From the human T2T-CHM13v2.0 reference genome, Homo sapiens, in NCBI RefSeq assembly GCF_009914755.1, contig NC_060942.1: DNA of 64,000 nt. One strand, given 5' to 3'. The stretch's first letter is position 1. Each line of letters begins with the position of its first letter. This document shows, one piece after another, positions 41,824-60,152 of this stretch. The notes under the pieces were generated by a model. That model did no database searches. It saw only the letters and a program-made list of their open reading frames with translations, and was not told the DNA's origin. A program made the position numbers and the translations under genes.

Positions 41824-44800
41824 AGTGGATTAAATACTGATGCAGATTTTTGGTATTTATTTTATAATAGCAACGTCTCCCAATAACTCATGAGTGAGTT
41901 GGGCATGTGTTGTGGACTTTATAAATGAAATTGGGTCCTGGGGGATGAGTTACAAAGCCCAAGTCACCATACACATTTGTGGTGGAGACAGATCTAGAAC
42001 ACAGGCTTTCCTGTTGTTGGAATATACAGTACTGTCCTCTGGTGGGTTGTAGCTGTCACTTGCAAAGGAAGTCATTGCAGGTGGCTTTTTGCTTTGGACA
42101 TTCCTAGTGACCTTAGAGCCCAAGGCAGCCCCCTCTCATCCCTCCCTCAAGGACCACATAAACCCAGGCTCCCCTGGCTCCAGCTAATGGCTGATGGCTA
42201 CAGTTTCCAAGGGCTTGAAGTTTAGTTCTCAGTGTTTTGAAGGTGTTTCTTTATGCCCTCCGAGATTGCATCACCCTAGTTACCATCCTTGGAATCCATA
42301 CAATAATGATGATCTCTTTGATATGTCTTGAACCAGAGAGTTTACACAATGCTTATTAAATACACTATCCTATTTGAGTCTCACAGCAAGTCTATGAGAC
42401 GGACTAACACCCATGGTCAATTTTACAGATATAGGCTAGTGAAGATTATAGAAGTTAAGTGGATTGCTAGTAGTGAACGATTGGAAATGTAATCCACCCC
42501 GACAGAGTGCTGTCTTTCCAGAGAGAGGAATGAGCCCCAAAATACATAGTCATGACACCAGGCTCTGGTATCCTCTCTGTCCTTACTTCCTTTGGGGATG
42601 TCTTTCATCCTCACTGTGTCTCAATTCCCATCTCTAGAAGATGAAGATGCAATTCCTGCTCTTCTTCTATCTGTGAACACAGGATGGTACATTATTTCCA
42701 ACAGTCAGCAAACAATTGTTGGCTTCTCTGTTGCTTATAGCTTTGGGTGAGGGGCTTGCTTCATGCCAGATCCCATGGAGCAGACATATTCTCTGGCTTC
42801 AATGACCTCACTCTGTATTGAAAACAGCCTTCATCCAAAGAGCCTGTCATAGGATGGAGTTTCCTTCTTGTCCTTTGAGGTTAATGTGAATTTCTGGTTA
42901 ATGCACTTGGCAAACACAGTGTGCTCCTGCAACCATGGTTTCAGCCTGTGAACTTCCCTATGCTCCATGCACAGAGTGAATCTTTAGCCTGGTCCTCTTA
43001 TGCCCATCAACTCCTCCTGTATACTCATACAGACCCTCACACCAATACAAAAATGAATAAGGGGCAAAACTGAAGAATTCCTAGACTGTGAATGATTTTA
43101 TGCAACTGCCCCCATTGTTGGATAAACCAGTAAGACTGCTTGTAGTGAGCCAGCATTCAAGCACTTCCATGTTAGGTGATTGTCCTGTTTTGAGGGAGCA
43201 TTGGCCTGCAGGCTTCAGCCCTGGAATGCCTAGAAAGGGCCTGGTGGTCCTTTCCCTTGTCTTTTGGAAGAAGCCTGGATGAACAAGATGAACATATTGG
43301 CAGTGATAACAACACTTCTATACATCTGCATGGTGCTTTACAGTTTATAAAGTTCTTTCACAAGCATTATCTCAGCTCATTCTCCCAGCAACCCTATAAG
43401 GTTGGCTGGGCAAGCAGTGATGCTGCCATTTTAAAGGTGGGGAGACTGAAGCTTCTCCAGTCCCACATCTGAGTTCAGTGACCCTCCTAGAAGCTCCCAT
43501 AGTTCCCTGCCCATCTCTTACACAGCACTTAGCTGCATGCTACTGTGATTGCTGTTGACTTGCTTGCTTTCCCAGCTAGAACGAGAGCTTCATAAGAGCA
43601 GGGACTTGTGTCACTGGGTCACTGTTGCATCCCTTGTGCTTATAGTGACTGGCATAGTGTGGATTCAATAAATACTTTTTGAATGACGTTTGGGTGGAAG
43701 TATGAAAAATGGGTGAGAGGGTGGATGAATGACTGAATAAGCGAGGGTGGGCAGGTTCCCTCAGCCTGGGCCTCTTGTCTATTGGTTGCCCAGCATTGTG
43801 GTGGCCACTGGAGGTCAGTGGGGCACTGGCTATTGGTCTGTGGGAGAGGCCAATGGATGTGTGGGAGAGGTGGTGGGGAGAGTCATGGCCTTAGTACTGC
43901 CCTGGATAATACCATGATGCTGGTGCTGTTTGCATTTCGAACCAGCCACCTCTCCTCTTGGGGCTCTCCCTCTCATTCCAATGGGCATACTCATTGCTCT
44001 AGACGACCCAAGTTCTTTCCTTGGACACCATTCCCAGGCTCTAAAAAGCCATAAAAATATACCTGTGCTGGGTTCCAGGCCAACACACACCTTGGCTGCT
44101 GAGCAAGGAAAGGAGCTGACAGTCATTCACACAGAGGTGTAAATGACTAACAAAGTTTTAATGTGTTACCCCCCTTTGTGGGTAGGGGGGTGGTTGCAGG
44201 TCGTGTAGAAACTACTTAACTCTAAAGGGAATGAAGAGATGAAGCTTTAATTGTGGAATTTCTGTCACCTACATATGTGCTGGGCCCTGGTTAAGGGTGC
44301 ACATCCACCGACTGCTGGGCCCTGCTGCTCCTTGGGAAAGAGGGGCACTTTGGCTGCCATCCCAGGATTCCTGTTAATAAATCAGAGTTCTCTGCCACCA
44401 GCTGCTTGGCATATTGCTCTTGTACCAGTAGTGCCATTGCCAAATTGTCAGTGTGCTGGGCTGGGGGTGGCATGGGGGCTGGTGCAATTAACTCCCTCAA
44501 TGCACCTTACCCTGGAGTTCACCCAGAGAAACTTGGCAGCAGGGATGGAGGGCTGTTGGCCTGACTGCTCTCACCAGGAAGGATGGATTTGTCAGGGAAG
44601 GGTGGTTGACAGGCTGGGGAGGGAGCAGCTGTTTCCAAAGATGGGAGAGAGATGTCAGGAGCTGGCTCCATCTCCATATAGAAATCCTCACTCTAAATGG
44701 GCAGCATTGGAATTTAAGTAGTAATGTGTCTCTTTGGAACTTTGAACTCTTTCTTCCATGCTCCACAGCTCATTTTTCATCACAACAGCTTTTTGAATTA

Positions 44801-45311
44801 TTATTGAAAATATAATGTAATGAGGAAAGAATTCTTAAGTGACCTTTGATGCCACCATCACCAAGAATTTCATATTTATATGGTAGCATGGACATCCAGT
44901 TCACATGCATACGTATTTTAATTTTTTGTAGTTGATAGTCAAGGTGCTGTTGTCATTTTGTATTCTCTCATCATCATCATTATTATTACTATTATTATTT
45001 TGGTAAGAAAAGGAAACAGGTGCAAGGCTATGATACTGTCTGCCCACCCAGAGAGACTGCCCCAGAGATATAGCTTCTAACTGCACTGAGCTGCTCTTAC
45101 TGGGAACACTTGAAGGCAGGGCCAGTGTTACGGGCAGAGGAATGGGCAAGAAAATCTCCAGGGGACTGCTGGGTTACCAGCCACATCTGATTCTGGGATC
45201 TCTATGGAATTCTCATCGGCAGCAGTGCTCAGAGCCTGGTTGGCATCTTCACTGAGCAGTGAGGCCCCTGGGGGTGTTGCTTTCACTTTCTAGACCACTG
45301 TGTTAGTCTGG

Positions 45312-45732
45312 TGTGTTAGTCCATCTTCGCATTGCTATAATGAAATACCCAAGGCTGGGTAATTTATAAAGAAAAGAGGTTTAATTGGCTCACAATTGTG
45401 CAGGCTTGACAGGGAGCATGGTGCTGACATCTGCTTGGCTTCTGGGGAGGTTTCAGGGAAGCCTTTTGGTAGAAGGCAAAAGCGGGGAGCAGGCACATCA
45501 TATGGTGAAAGTGGGAGCAAGAAAGAGAGGGATATGCGCCATACCTTTCAACAGCCAGATCGCGTGAGAAGTCACTCACTATCACGAGCACAGCACCAAG
45601 AGGATGGTGCTAAACCATTCATAAGAAATCCACCCACATGATCCAATTACCTCCCACCAGGCCCTACCTCCAATACTGGGGATTATAATTCAACATGAAG
45701 TTTGGGTGGGGACACATCTCCAAACTATATCA
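45312..45732 (-). mobile_element. MSTB-like MaLR solo LTR
   Basis: ctgggtaatttataaagaaaagaggtttaattggctcac...ctcccaccaggccc...caaactatatca. Confidence 0.9.
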
Positions 45733-46269
45733 GTTGGTGTCAGCAATCCTAGAGAGATTGTAGCCCGCCCTTCCCATTATAAAGATGAGGAAGTTGAGGC
45801 TCTGGGACAGGAAGAGACTTCCCTTTCCTTTTCTAAGGAGAATATTCCCTTATGAATTGCATGTGTTGCAGGGGTTGAATCAAGACCACAGAGAAAAGTC
45901 TATGGTTCACATTAAGGAGTCAGATGTGACATTTAAGTTAAATCACAGTGAATGTACATATATTTTTGAGTTATAGAGACAGCAGTTTCATATGGTTTAA
46001 CCTGCTAGTTGGGGAGGCAAAACATGTATGAAGAGACCTCCCCAGAAGATGAGCAACAGAAGCAGTTAAAGAAAACTTCAAGAATATTACTGAAAAGCTG
46101 CCACCAGACATTTATCAATTAGAGGATTTTCACTTAGTTTGAGGGAAACAGCAGTCATGTTCAGATTTGTACTCCAAAATATTAAAAACATTTATCCTAG
46201 TCCCTGACACATAGTAGGTGCTCAGTGAATAATTCTTGAACAGTCACATTGCTCATTTCTGATTAGCTG

Positions 46270-46423
46270 TTGACTCAGGATTCCATTTTGCTGTTTGTAG
46301 CAGAATCTGACCCCAGTGACTAAATAATTAGTGGCTTTAGTTTTCTTTCATGAAAAATAGACCAGGAACAGCGTGTCCAGAGCTAATGTAGCTATTCAGG
46401 CAAGTCATCAGGGGCCAGGCTGT
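46270..46423 (-). mobile_element. MLT1J/K-like LTR, left part (continues at about 52548-52860 after the L1)
   Basis: gtcatcaggggccaggct|TSD|agcatgtggcctttgtcctcat...gatggctgct is contiguous once the L1 is removed. Confidence 0.6.
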
Positions 46424-46716
46424 TTCTTCTGTCATTCTTTTTTTTTTTTTTTTTTTAAACTCATCCACTTTATTATTTTTTTTTCACTTTCTCTTTCTTT
46501 TTTTTTTTATTATTATACTTTAAGTTTTAGGGTACATGTGCACATTGTGCAGGTTAGTTACATATGTATACATGTGCCATGCTGGTGCGCTGCACCCACT
46601 AACTCGTCATCTAGCATTAGGTATATCTCCCAATGCTATCCCTCCCCCCTCCCCCCACCCCACCACAGTCCCCAGAGTGTGATATTCCCCTTCCTGTGTC
46701 CATGTGATCTCATTGT

Positions 46717-50559
<3,843 letters not shown>

Positions 50560-50607
50560 TTATTTTGCTCGTTAGTTGGTGCAGTTTCTTCCTAGTCTCG
50601 ATGGTCT

Positions 50608-51624
50608 TTACATTTTGGCATGATTTTGCAGCAGCTGGTACCGGTTGTTCCTTTCCATGTTTAGTGCTTCCTTCAGGAGCTCTTTTAGGACAGGCCTGGT
50701 GGTGACAAAATCTCTCAGCATTTGCTTGTCTGTAAAGTATTTTATTTCTCCTTCACTTATGAAGCTTAGTTTGGCTGGATGTGAAATTCTGGGTTGAAAA
50801 TTCTTTTCTTTAAGAATGTTGAATATTGGCCCCTACTCTCTTCTGGTTTGTAGGGTTTCTGCCGAGAGATCAGCTGTTAGTCTGATGGGCTTCCCTTTGA
50901 GGGTAACCCGACCTTTCTCTCTGTCTGCCCTTAACATTTTTTCCTTCATTTCAGCTTTGGTGAATCTGACCATTATGTGTCTTGGAGTTGCTCTTCTCGA
51001 GGAGTATCTTTGTGGCGTTTTCTGTATTTCCTGAATCTGAACGTTGGCCTGCGTTGCTAGATTGGGGAAGTTCTCCTGGATAATATCCTGCAGCGTGTTT
51101 TCCAACTTGGTTCCATTCTCCCCATCACTTTCAGGTACACCAATCAGACGTAGATTTGGTCTTTTCACATAGTCCCATATTTCTTGGAGGCTTTGGTCAT
51201 TTCTTTTTATTCTTTTTTCTCTAAACTTCCCTTCTCGCTTCATTTCATTCATTTCATCTTCCATTGCTGATACACTTTCTTCCAGTTGATTGCATCGGCT
51301 CTTGAGGCTTCTGCATTCTTCACGTAGTTCTTGAGCCTTGGTTTTCAGCTCCATCAGCTCCTTTAAGCACTTCTCTGTATTGGTTATTCTAGTTATACAT
51401 TCTTCTAAATTTTTTTCAAAGTTTTCAACTTCTTTGCCTTTGGTTTGAATGTCCTCCCGTAGCTCAGAATAATTCGATCTTCTGAAGCCGCCTTCTCTCA
51501 GCTCATCAAAGTCATTCTCCATCTAGCTTTGTTCCATTGCTGGTGAGGAACTGCATTCCTTTGGAGGAGGAGAGGCGCTCTGCTTTTTAGAGTTTCCAGT
51601 TTTTCTGTTCTGTTTTTTCCCCAT
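50608..51624 (-). pseudogene. L1 ORF1, disrupted
   Basis: 1017-bp frame MGKKQNRK...; TGG>TAG at codons 34 and 264. Confidence 0.95.
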
Positions 51625-52526
51625 CTTTGTGGTTTTATCTACTTTTGGTCTTTGATGATGGTGATGTACAGATGGGTTTTTGGTGTGGATGTCCTTTCTG
51701 TTTGTTAGTTTTCCTTCTAACAGACAGGACCCTCAGCTGCAGGTCTGTTGGAATACCCTGCCGTGTGAGGTGTCAGTGTGCCCCTGCTGGAGGGTGCCTC
51801 CCAGTTAGGCTGCTTGGGGGTCAGAGGTCAGGGACCCACTTGAGGAGGCAGTCTGCCCATTCTCAGATCTCCAGCTGTGTGCTGGGAGAACCACTGCTCT
51901 CTTCAAAGCTGTCAGACAGGGACATTTAAGTCTGCAGAAGTTACTGCTGTCTTTTTGTTTATCTGTGCCCTGCCCCCAGAGGTGGAGCCTACAGAGGCAG
52001 GCAGGCCTCCTGGAGCTGTGGTGGGCTCCACCCAGTTCGAGCTTCCTGGCTGCTTCGTTTACCTAATCAAGCCTAGGCAATGGCGGGCGCCCCTCCCCCA
52101 GCCTCGCTGCCGCCTTGCAGTTTGATCTCAGAGTGCTGTGCTAGCAATCAGCGAGACTCCGTGGGCGTAGGACACTCCGAGCCAGGTGCGGGATATTATC
52201 TTGTGGTGTGCCGTTTTTTAAGCCGGTCGGAAAAGTGCAGTATTCAGGTGGGAGTGACCCGATTTTCCAGGTGCTGTCCGTCACCCCTTTCTTTGACTCG
52301 GAAAGGGAACTCCCTGACCCCTTGCGCTTCCCGAGTGAGGCAGTGCCTCGCCCTGCTTCGGCTCGCGCACGGTGCGCGCACCCACTGGCCTGCGCCAACT
52401 GTCTGGCACTCCCTAGTGAGATGAACCCGGTACCTCAGATGGAAATGCAGAAATCACCCGTCTTCTGCGTCGTTCATGCTGGGAGCTGTAGACCGGAGCT
52501 GTTCCTATTCGGCCATCTTGGCTCCT
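51625..52526 (-). promoter_or_regulatory. L1 5' UTR with sense and antisense promoters
   Basis: About 900 bp, most CpG-rich part of the window; YY1 site CAAGATGGCCG intact. Confidence 0.85.
52080..52424 (+). CDS. L1 antisense ORF0, open 114-aa frame (expression unknown)
   Basis: MAGAPPPASLPPCSLIS.CCASNQRDSVGVG is the ORF0 N-terminus; Kozak gcaATGg. Confidence 0.6.
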   Translation: MAGAPPPASLPPCSLISECCASNQRDSVGVGHSEPGAGYYLVVCRFLSRSEKCSIQVGVTRFSRCCPSPLSLTRKGNSLTPCASRVRQCLALLRLAHGARTHWPAPTVWHSLVR

Positions 52527-55323
52527 TGATCTTCTTCTGTCATTCTTAGCATGTGGCCTTTGTCCTCATACTCCCATGATGGCTGCTCTGCCTCCAGAGA
52601 CCAGGTCCAAGTTCCAGGCAGCGACTTTTGCAAATGGCAAAAGGCATGGTGTTTTGGCAGAGTCTTTACCTTTTATCAGGAAAACAATGGGTTCCTGAAT
52701 GCCCTCCCACTAGACTTCTGCTTGCAATTCATTGGCCTGAAGTGAGTCACAGGTCACCCTTAGCTGTGAGGAGGTCTGAAGAGTAGCCCTGAATAAAACC
52801 AGGTTCTTCTGGTCAGAAAGCTCGGGATGCATATTAGTAGATAATATGCATCATCTCCCACAAATATTTTAAAGCAAAAAATGATTATTTAGATATAAAC
52901 AAATAGAGGTTCTAATTTGGAAATCTCTGTATATAGTTTATATGCTCATTCATGCATTCATTTATCCATCCTGCAAATAGTCACAGAACGTTCACTATGT
53001 GGGGGTGCTGGTTGTGCACTAGGAATACAAAGGGGGACAAAACAGACTAAACCTCTGTCCTCACATACACATGCAGGTAGTCAGATCCACTGGGCAGCAA
53101 GGCAAGAGAGAACCAGGCAGGCAGCAAGAACAGAACATGCAAAAGGGAGTGGGAGAGTCTGAGGAAATGAAAAGGAGACCTGTGGGGCAGGAGCCAGGTA
53201 ATTGAGGGGTAAGTGAAGCTGTAAGTGTCTTAGGAAGGAGAGCAGCTGGTCTGATAGCTCCAGGTTGGTGAAACCAGGCCCTGGGCACACACTGTGGGCA
53301 TCAGCAGAGGGTGGGGTCTAGACTACCAATCTGGACCAATGTCAAACATTTAAATCTTGCCCCAGATATGAGGCCTGAAATGTCATGTCCCTTCCTTTGC
53401 CCATTGAGAGCTGGGAGGACTTGCAAGATTTGGACCAGAGATCTCATTTTACAGGTCAGTAAACTAAGGCCCACAGAGCCCAAGTGACTTGCTGATGGCT
53501 GTCTTGCCAGTTAATGCCAACATTTGGACCAAACCTGCAGTCTTCTGACTCCTAGACTTTTCCCTTTCAGAAACATTGTATGTTTGTAAATACTTAATTT
53601 TCTCTTGTCTGATTTGCGCCTGATAGCATTTCAATGAAATAGATCCAGTGAGGTTATTTACCCCAGTTTCACATGTGGGGAGACTGAAGTTGAGAAGGAT
53701 AAAGGGTTATGGTGGTCTTTGATTCTCTGGCCCAGATCCCCTTCAGCTGGGGAGGTTGCCATTCCAACTGATGTGGTTGGAGACACTTTGGCTCACATTG
53801 GCTGTCTCCTCCGAGGTGAGATGTGGCTCGAATGCCACTGCTCTGGGCCACCTCCTCATGTGGGCCTGTACGAGTGAGAAGGGGAGGTTTTTGCTGCATG
53901 ATAATGAAAATGTGACATTCTCACCTGAGTCTTGAGCACTAGGAAAACAGGGGGCTGCTGTGCTCCGAGTGTCCTAATTGCTTCTGACACTCTTTATCAT
54001 TTGTGATGATCTGGCCATGCTTGGCCACCTCAGGTGAGGGGTGGCCCTGAGAGTGGGGAGAAACCATTAGGGAGCTGACAGGGCACAGAGCCATGGGAGG
54101 TGATGGACTGGCTGCCAGATGCCCTCGATGCAGACATCCATCCTATCGATTGACCTTTTGGGGAGAGAAATCGGTGCCCTGGTTGTTGCCGGGCTGGTGA
54201 GGCTGGGCTGTGATGAGAATGGTTTCTAATCAAGACAGATTCCATTCAGGGTTCAGCTCCCCTGCTCTATCTTGAGGCCGATGAGGACACTGTGAGAGGG
54301 CCATTTTCACAGGGTGGTTGTGCAGCGATGTGCCCCATGGCCTAGTGGGCTTGGCCTGCGAGGGGCCCTTGGGCCAACAGGTCCAGTCTGGGGAGCTCCT
54401 CCTCCTTTCCCTTTCCCAACCTGCTCCCCGCAGCTGCTACTCTTATATATTCTCATACTGCTCCCTCGCTCCTCGGTGAGCTCTGGGTCTCCAGGTCTGA
54501 CCACCCAGGCCAGTGTTGCTGCTTCAAAATCCTTCCTGTTTTTTTTTTTTCCAGCAAAGAGTTTTGCTCTCAGCTCTGCAGGGGTCATGCCAAACTCACC
54601 CCTGCCAAGCTACTAACACCAGTAGTCACTTTCTCAGAGCCACCGGCCTCTTTGGAGGAGGCAGTCATGTGGTAAACTATGGTTTTATAAATTGGACTCT
54701 ATGGGAATTTTAAAGTCTTAGTGCCTTTGGTTGGATAAAAATCTAAAAATATTAACATAAATGAATTATCAATCTGTGAGGGATTTCTTTAACACCAAGA
54801 AAGGCCTCACAATTTCAGGACCACATATGCTTTCGAGCTGACAATAGTATTAACACAAAGTAGTTCTATTTTAATGAAGAAAAAGCTGGAGGATACTCAA
54901 AGGTATGAATGTCAAACGAAGACATTTGGGACACTTGGACTCAGGATAGCAGGAGATATTTGGGGTCTTTGCAGCTGCTCAAGTGATCCTGTAAGAGTGG
55001 TGTGACTGAACATGGGTATGAATACCTCCTAAGCAGTTGCAGCCTTGTTATGGCTCATGGATACAGAAAAAGAAGCCCCCACTCCTACTTCCCACTTCCA
55101 GTCCTCTGGTCAGGGAAGGGCCGCATTCTGCCATTGAGAATGGTTGAGCACAGAAACTTCAAAGAAGGTTGTTTCCAAAGCAGAGAAAATACTGATGTCC
55201 CAGCTTCCAACTGTGGAGATGGGACAGGGAGATATTTCCTACCCTTCACGGTCTTTGGATATTGAAGATATCTCCCTGTTTGAAATACTAAGTGGAGTCA
55301 TGGTGAGAAAAACTTGATCAAGC

Positions 55324-55689
55324 TGTCTTAGTCCATTAGGACAGCTTTAATAGAATACCATAGACTGGGTGGCTTAAACAACAAACATTTACTTCTCACT
55401 GTTCTGGAGGCTGGGAAGTCCAAGATCAAGGCACTGGCAGATCCAGTGTCTGATGAAGACTCTCTGCCTGGTGTGCAGATGGCTGCCTTCTTGCTGTATC
55501 CTCACATGGCCAAGAGAGAGAAATCATACCTCTCATGTCTCTTCTTGTAAGAGCGCTGATTGCATTAATAAAGGCTCTACCCTCATGATATAATTACCTT
55601 CCAAAGTCCTCACCTCCCAATATAATCACATTGGGGATTAAACTTCAATATATAAATTTTGAGTGGAAACAAATATTCAGACTATAGCA
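55324..55689 (-). mobile_element. MLT1A0/MST-like MaLR solo LTR
   Basis: tgtcttagtcc...aataccatagactgggtggcttaaacaac...cagactatagca; near TSD caagc/caaac. Confidence 0.9.
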
Positions 55690-56581
55690 CAAACCCACTG
55701 TAAAGGAGTACTGTGAGAGTAACATGGATGGCTTACATTTACTGAATGGTTAAGGCAGGCAAGTGACTGAATACTTTCAGGTAATTCTCTCATTTAATCT
55801 TTACAAACCCACCAAGTAGGCACTATTTATTACTTCCATTTTGCAGAAGAGAAAACTGAGATATGAAGAAGTTTAGCAATGTGCCTTAGTTCACACAGCT
55901 AGGAGGAGACAGACTCTTTCTTCTAACTCTACTACACTGTTCTGAACAGGAAGACTGTTCTGGGCTCTGGTCAGGGCTCTGGTCTGAGCTTCACCTATTC
56001 TGTGAATTTGGGCAGGTCCCTTTACATCTCATATCTTCAGATCCCTCATCTGCACAAGATAAGGTTAATCGTATGTTCTATCAATGGGTCAACTCTATTA
56101 ACAAACAGGAAATGAAGGTATGAAGTCCTCTTCAGCTGGCCTGGGGAAAATCACTTGATATTTCTCTCTTAGCTGCTTCAAGTCCCATTTCTTTTAGTCC
56201 TGCTGTATGGGGTGGCTGGGGACTCCTGAGACCCACATGGTATTGGGGGATCCTTGAAAGGCTGAATTCTTGGTCCAGTTCTATAAATATGCATTTAGGG
56301 AGCTTTAATAACACATATTATTGACCAGGTAGGCCTGTAGAGCTATTTGTGTGTAAATCCATATTTAGTACACTATTGATCCATATCAGGTGGCCAAAAC
56401 CATATTAATTTGAATTGAAGATTAAAAACATTTTGTAAAAGTTGTTGGCGAGTAAAATGAGTTGATGTTCAATTTCTAGCAGCCTAATGTGCTTTGCTTT
56501 CCTTTAGATGTCTCCTTTCAGCTGGCTTAGCCACTTTCTTTTCCAACTGGTCTCTCATTCCCTCTCTTCCAGGGTGGCTAC

Positions 56582-56694
56582 CTGTCGTGGATACTGTGGT
56601 GGGCTTTGCTCTCAGTACTGAAGCACTTGCTTCCCCAATGGCTGGGAGTGTTGCTGACTGTGGTTCTCAGTTGAGTTCCTCTTCAGAATTTGCC
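56582..56694 (+). mobile_element. LTR16-like fragment cut by L1
   Basis: gctgggagtgttgctgactgtggttctcagttgagttcctcttcagaatttgcc. Confidence 0.5.
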
Positions 56695-57204
56695 ATTTTT
56701 GTATAATTGACAAATAAAAATTGTATATGTTTATGGTGTACAACATGATGCTTTGATATATGTATACATTGTGAACTACCTAAACCAAGCAAATTTACAT
56801 ATCCATCATCTCACATGCTTATCATTTTTTTATGGGAGAACATTTGAGATCTACTTTCTTGGCAATTTTCAAGAATATAATACATTGTTATTAACTACAG
56901 CAGCCATGCTGTGTAATAGATCTCCAAAACTTATTTACCCTATTTGAAATTTTTTTACTATTTGACCAACATCACCCCTTTTCCTCCGCACTCCACCCCA
57001 CACTCCCAGTCCCTAGTAACCACCATTCTATTCTCTGCTTCCATGAAGCAGAGATTCTGGAGTTTCTAAGATTCTGCATATAAATGAGATCATGCAGTAT
57101 TTGTCTTTCTGTGCCTGGCTTGCTTCATTAGCATAATGTTGTCCAGGTTCATTCATGTTGCAAATAACAGAATTTATTTCTTTTAAAAGGCTGAGTAGTA
57201 TTTC

Positions 57205-57207
<3 letters not shown>

Positions 57208-57241
<34 letters not shown>
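57208..57241. repeat. (CA)n microsatellite
   Basis: Read directly. Confidence 0.97.
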
Positions 57242-57242
<1 letters not shown>

Positions 57243-57428
57243 ACATTTTCTTTATTCATTAATCCATCAGTGGGTTGGATGATTTCATATCTTAGCTATT
57301 GTGAATAATGCTGTAATGAACACAGGAGTGCAGAATATCTCCTTGACAGACTAATTTCATTTCCTTTGGCTATATACCCAGTAGTGGGTTTGCTGGATCA
57401 TATGGTAGTTTTATTTTTAGTTTTTTGA

Positions 57429-58040
<612 letters not shown>

Positions 58041-58852
58041 CTTGTCTTTTTCATAGTAGCCATTCTAACAGGTGTGAGGTAATATCTCATTTTGTGGTTT
58101 TAGTTTGAATTTTTCTAATTCACATGATGAGCACTTTTTCATGTACCTCTTGGCCATTTGTTTATCTTCTTTTGAGAAATGTCTATTCAGGGTCTTTGCT
58201 CATTAAAAATTATTTACAAACGTTTTTATTGATACATATTTGTACATGTTTATGAGGCACAAATGATATTTTGTTCATGCTTAGAAGGTGTAATGATCAA
58301 GTCAGGGTTTTTGGGATATCCATCACCTCGAGTAGTCATTTCTATGTGTTGAAAACATTTCAAATCCTTTCTTCTAGCTGTTTTGAAATATGCAATGCAT
58401 TATTGTTAACTAGTCACCTACTCTGTTATTGAACATTAGAAATTAGTTCTTCTATCTAACTGTACGTTTGTACCCATTAACCAACCTCTCTTCATCCCCC
58501 CATTTCCCAGAACCCTTCCCAGCCTCTTATAACTACCATTCTACTCTCTGCCTCCATAAGATCAACTTTTTTGCCATGAGTGGGAACACTTTGCCAATGT
58601 TTTATTTGGGTTATTTGTTTTCTTGCTATTGAGTTGTTTGAGTTTTCAAAAAAATATTTTGGGTATTAACCCCTTATCAGATATATGGTTTGCAAATATT
58701 TTCTATTTTGTAGATTGTCTCTTCAATCTGTTGATTATTTCCTTTGCTCTGTAGAGTTTTTTAGTTCAATGTAATCCCATTTGTCTATTTTTCCTTTTGT
58801 AGCCTGTGCATTTCGGGCCATATCAAAAAAGTCATTGCCAAAACCAGTGTCA

Positions 58853-59171
<319 letters not shown>

Positions 59172-59710
59172 GATTTTCACCCTATGTTTTCTTCTAGTAG
59201 TTTTATACTTTCAGGTGTTACATTTAAGACTTTAATCCCTTTTGTGTTGATTTTTGAATGTGGTGTGAGATAAAAATCCAATTTTATTCCTTTACATGTG
59301 GATAGCTAGTTTTCCCAATATTTGTTGAAGAGACTGTCCTTTCCTCATTTGTGTTCTTGGCATCTTTGTAGAAGAACAGTTGGCCATAAATGGATGGATT
59401 TATTTCTGGGCTCTCTATTCTGTACCATTGGTCTATATATCATTTTTATGCCAGTACCATGCTGTTTTGATACTATAGCTTTGTAGTAGATTTTAAAATC
59501 GGGTTGTGTGATGCCTCCAATTGTGTTCTTTTTTCTTAAGACTGCTTTGCCTAATCAGGGACTTCTGTGGTTTCACAGGAATTTTAGGATTGTTTTTTCT
59601 ATTTCTTTGAAAAATGTCATTGGAATTTTGATAGGGGTTGCATTGAATCTGTAGATCACTTTGGGTAGTACAAACATTTTAACAATATTTCTTCCTATCC
59701 ATGAACATGA

Positions 59711-60152
<442 letters not shown>

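Noticed and set aside
44251-44721. 156-aa ORF and the many other 60-170-aa ORFs
   Set aside because: No recognisable domain, many non-ATG starts, overlapping frames; consistent with chance ORFs
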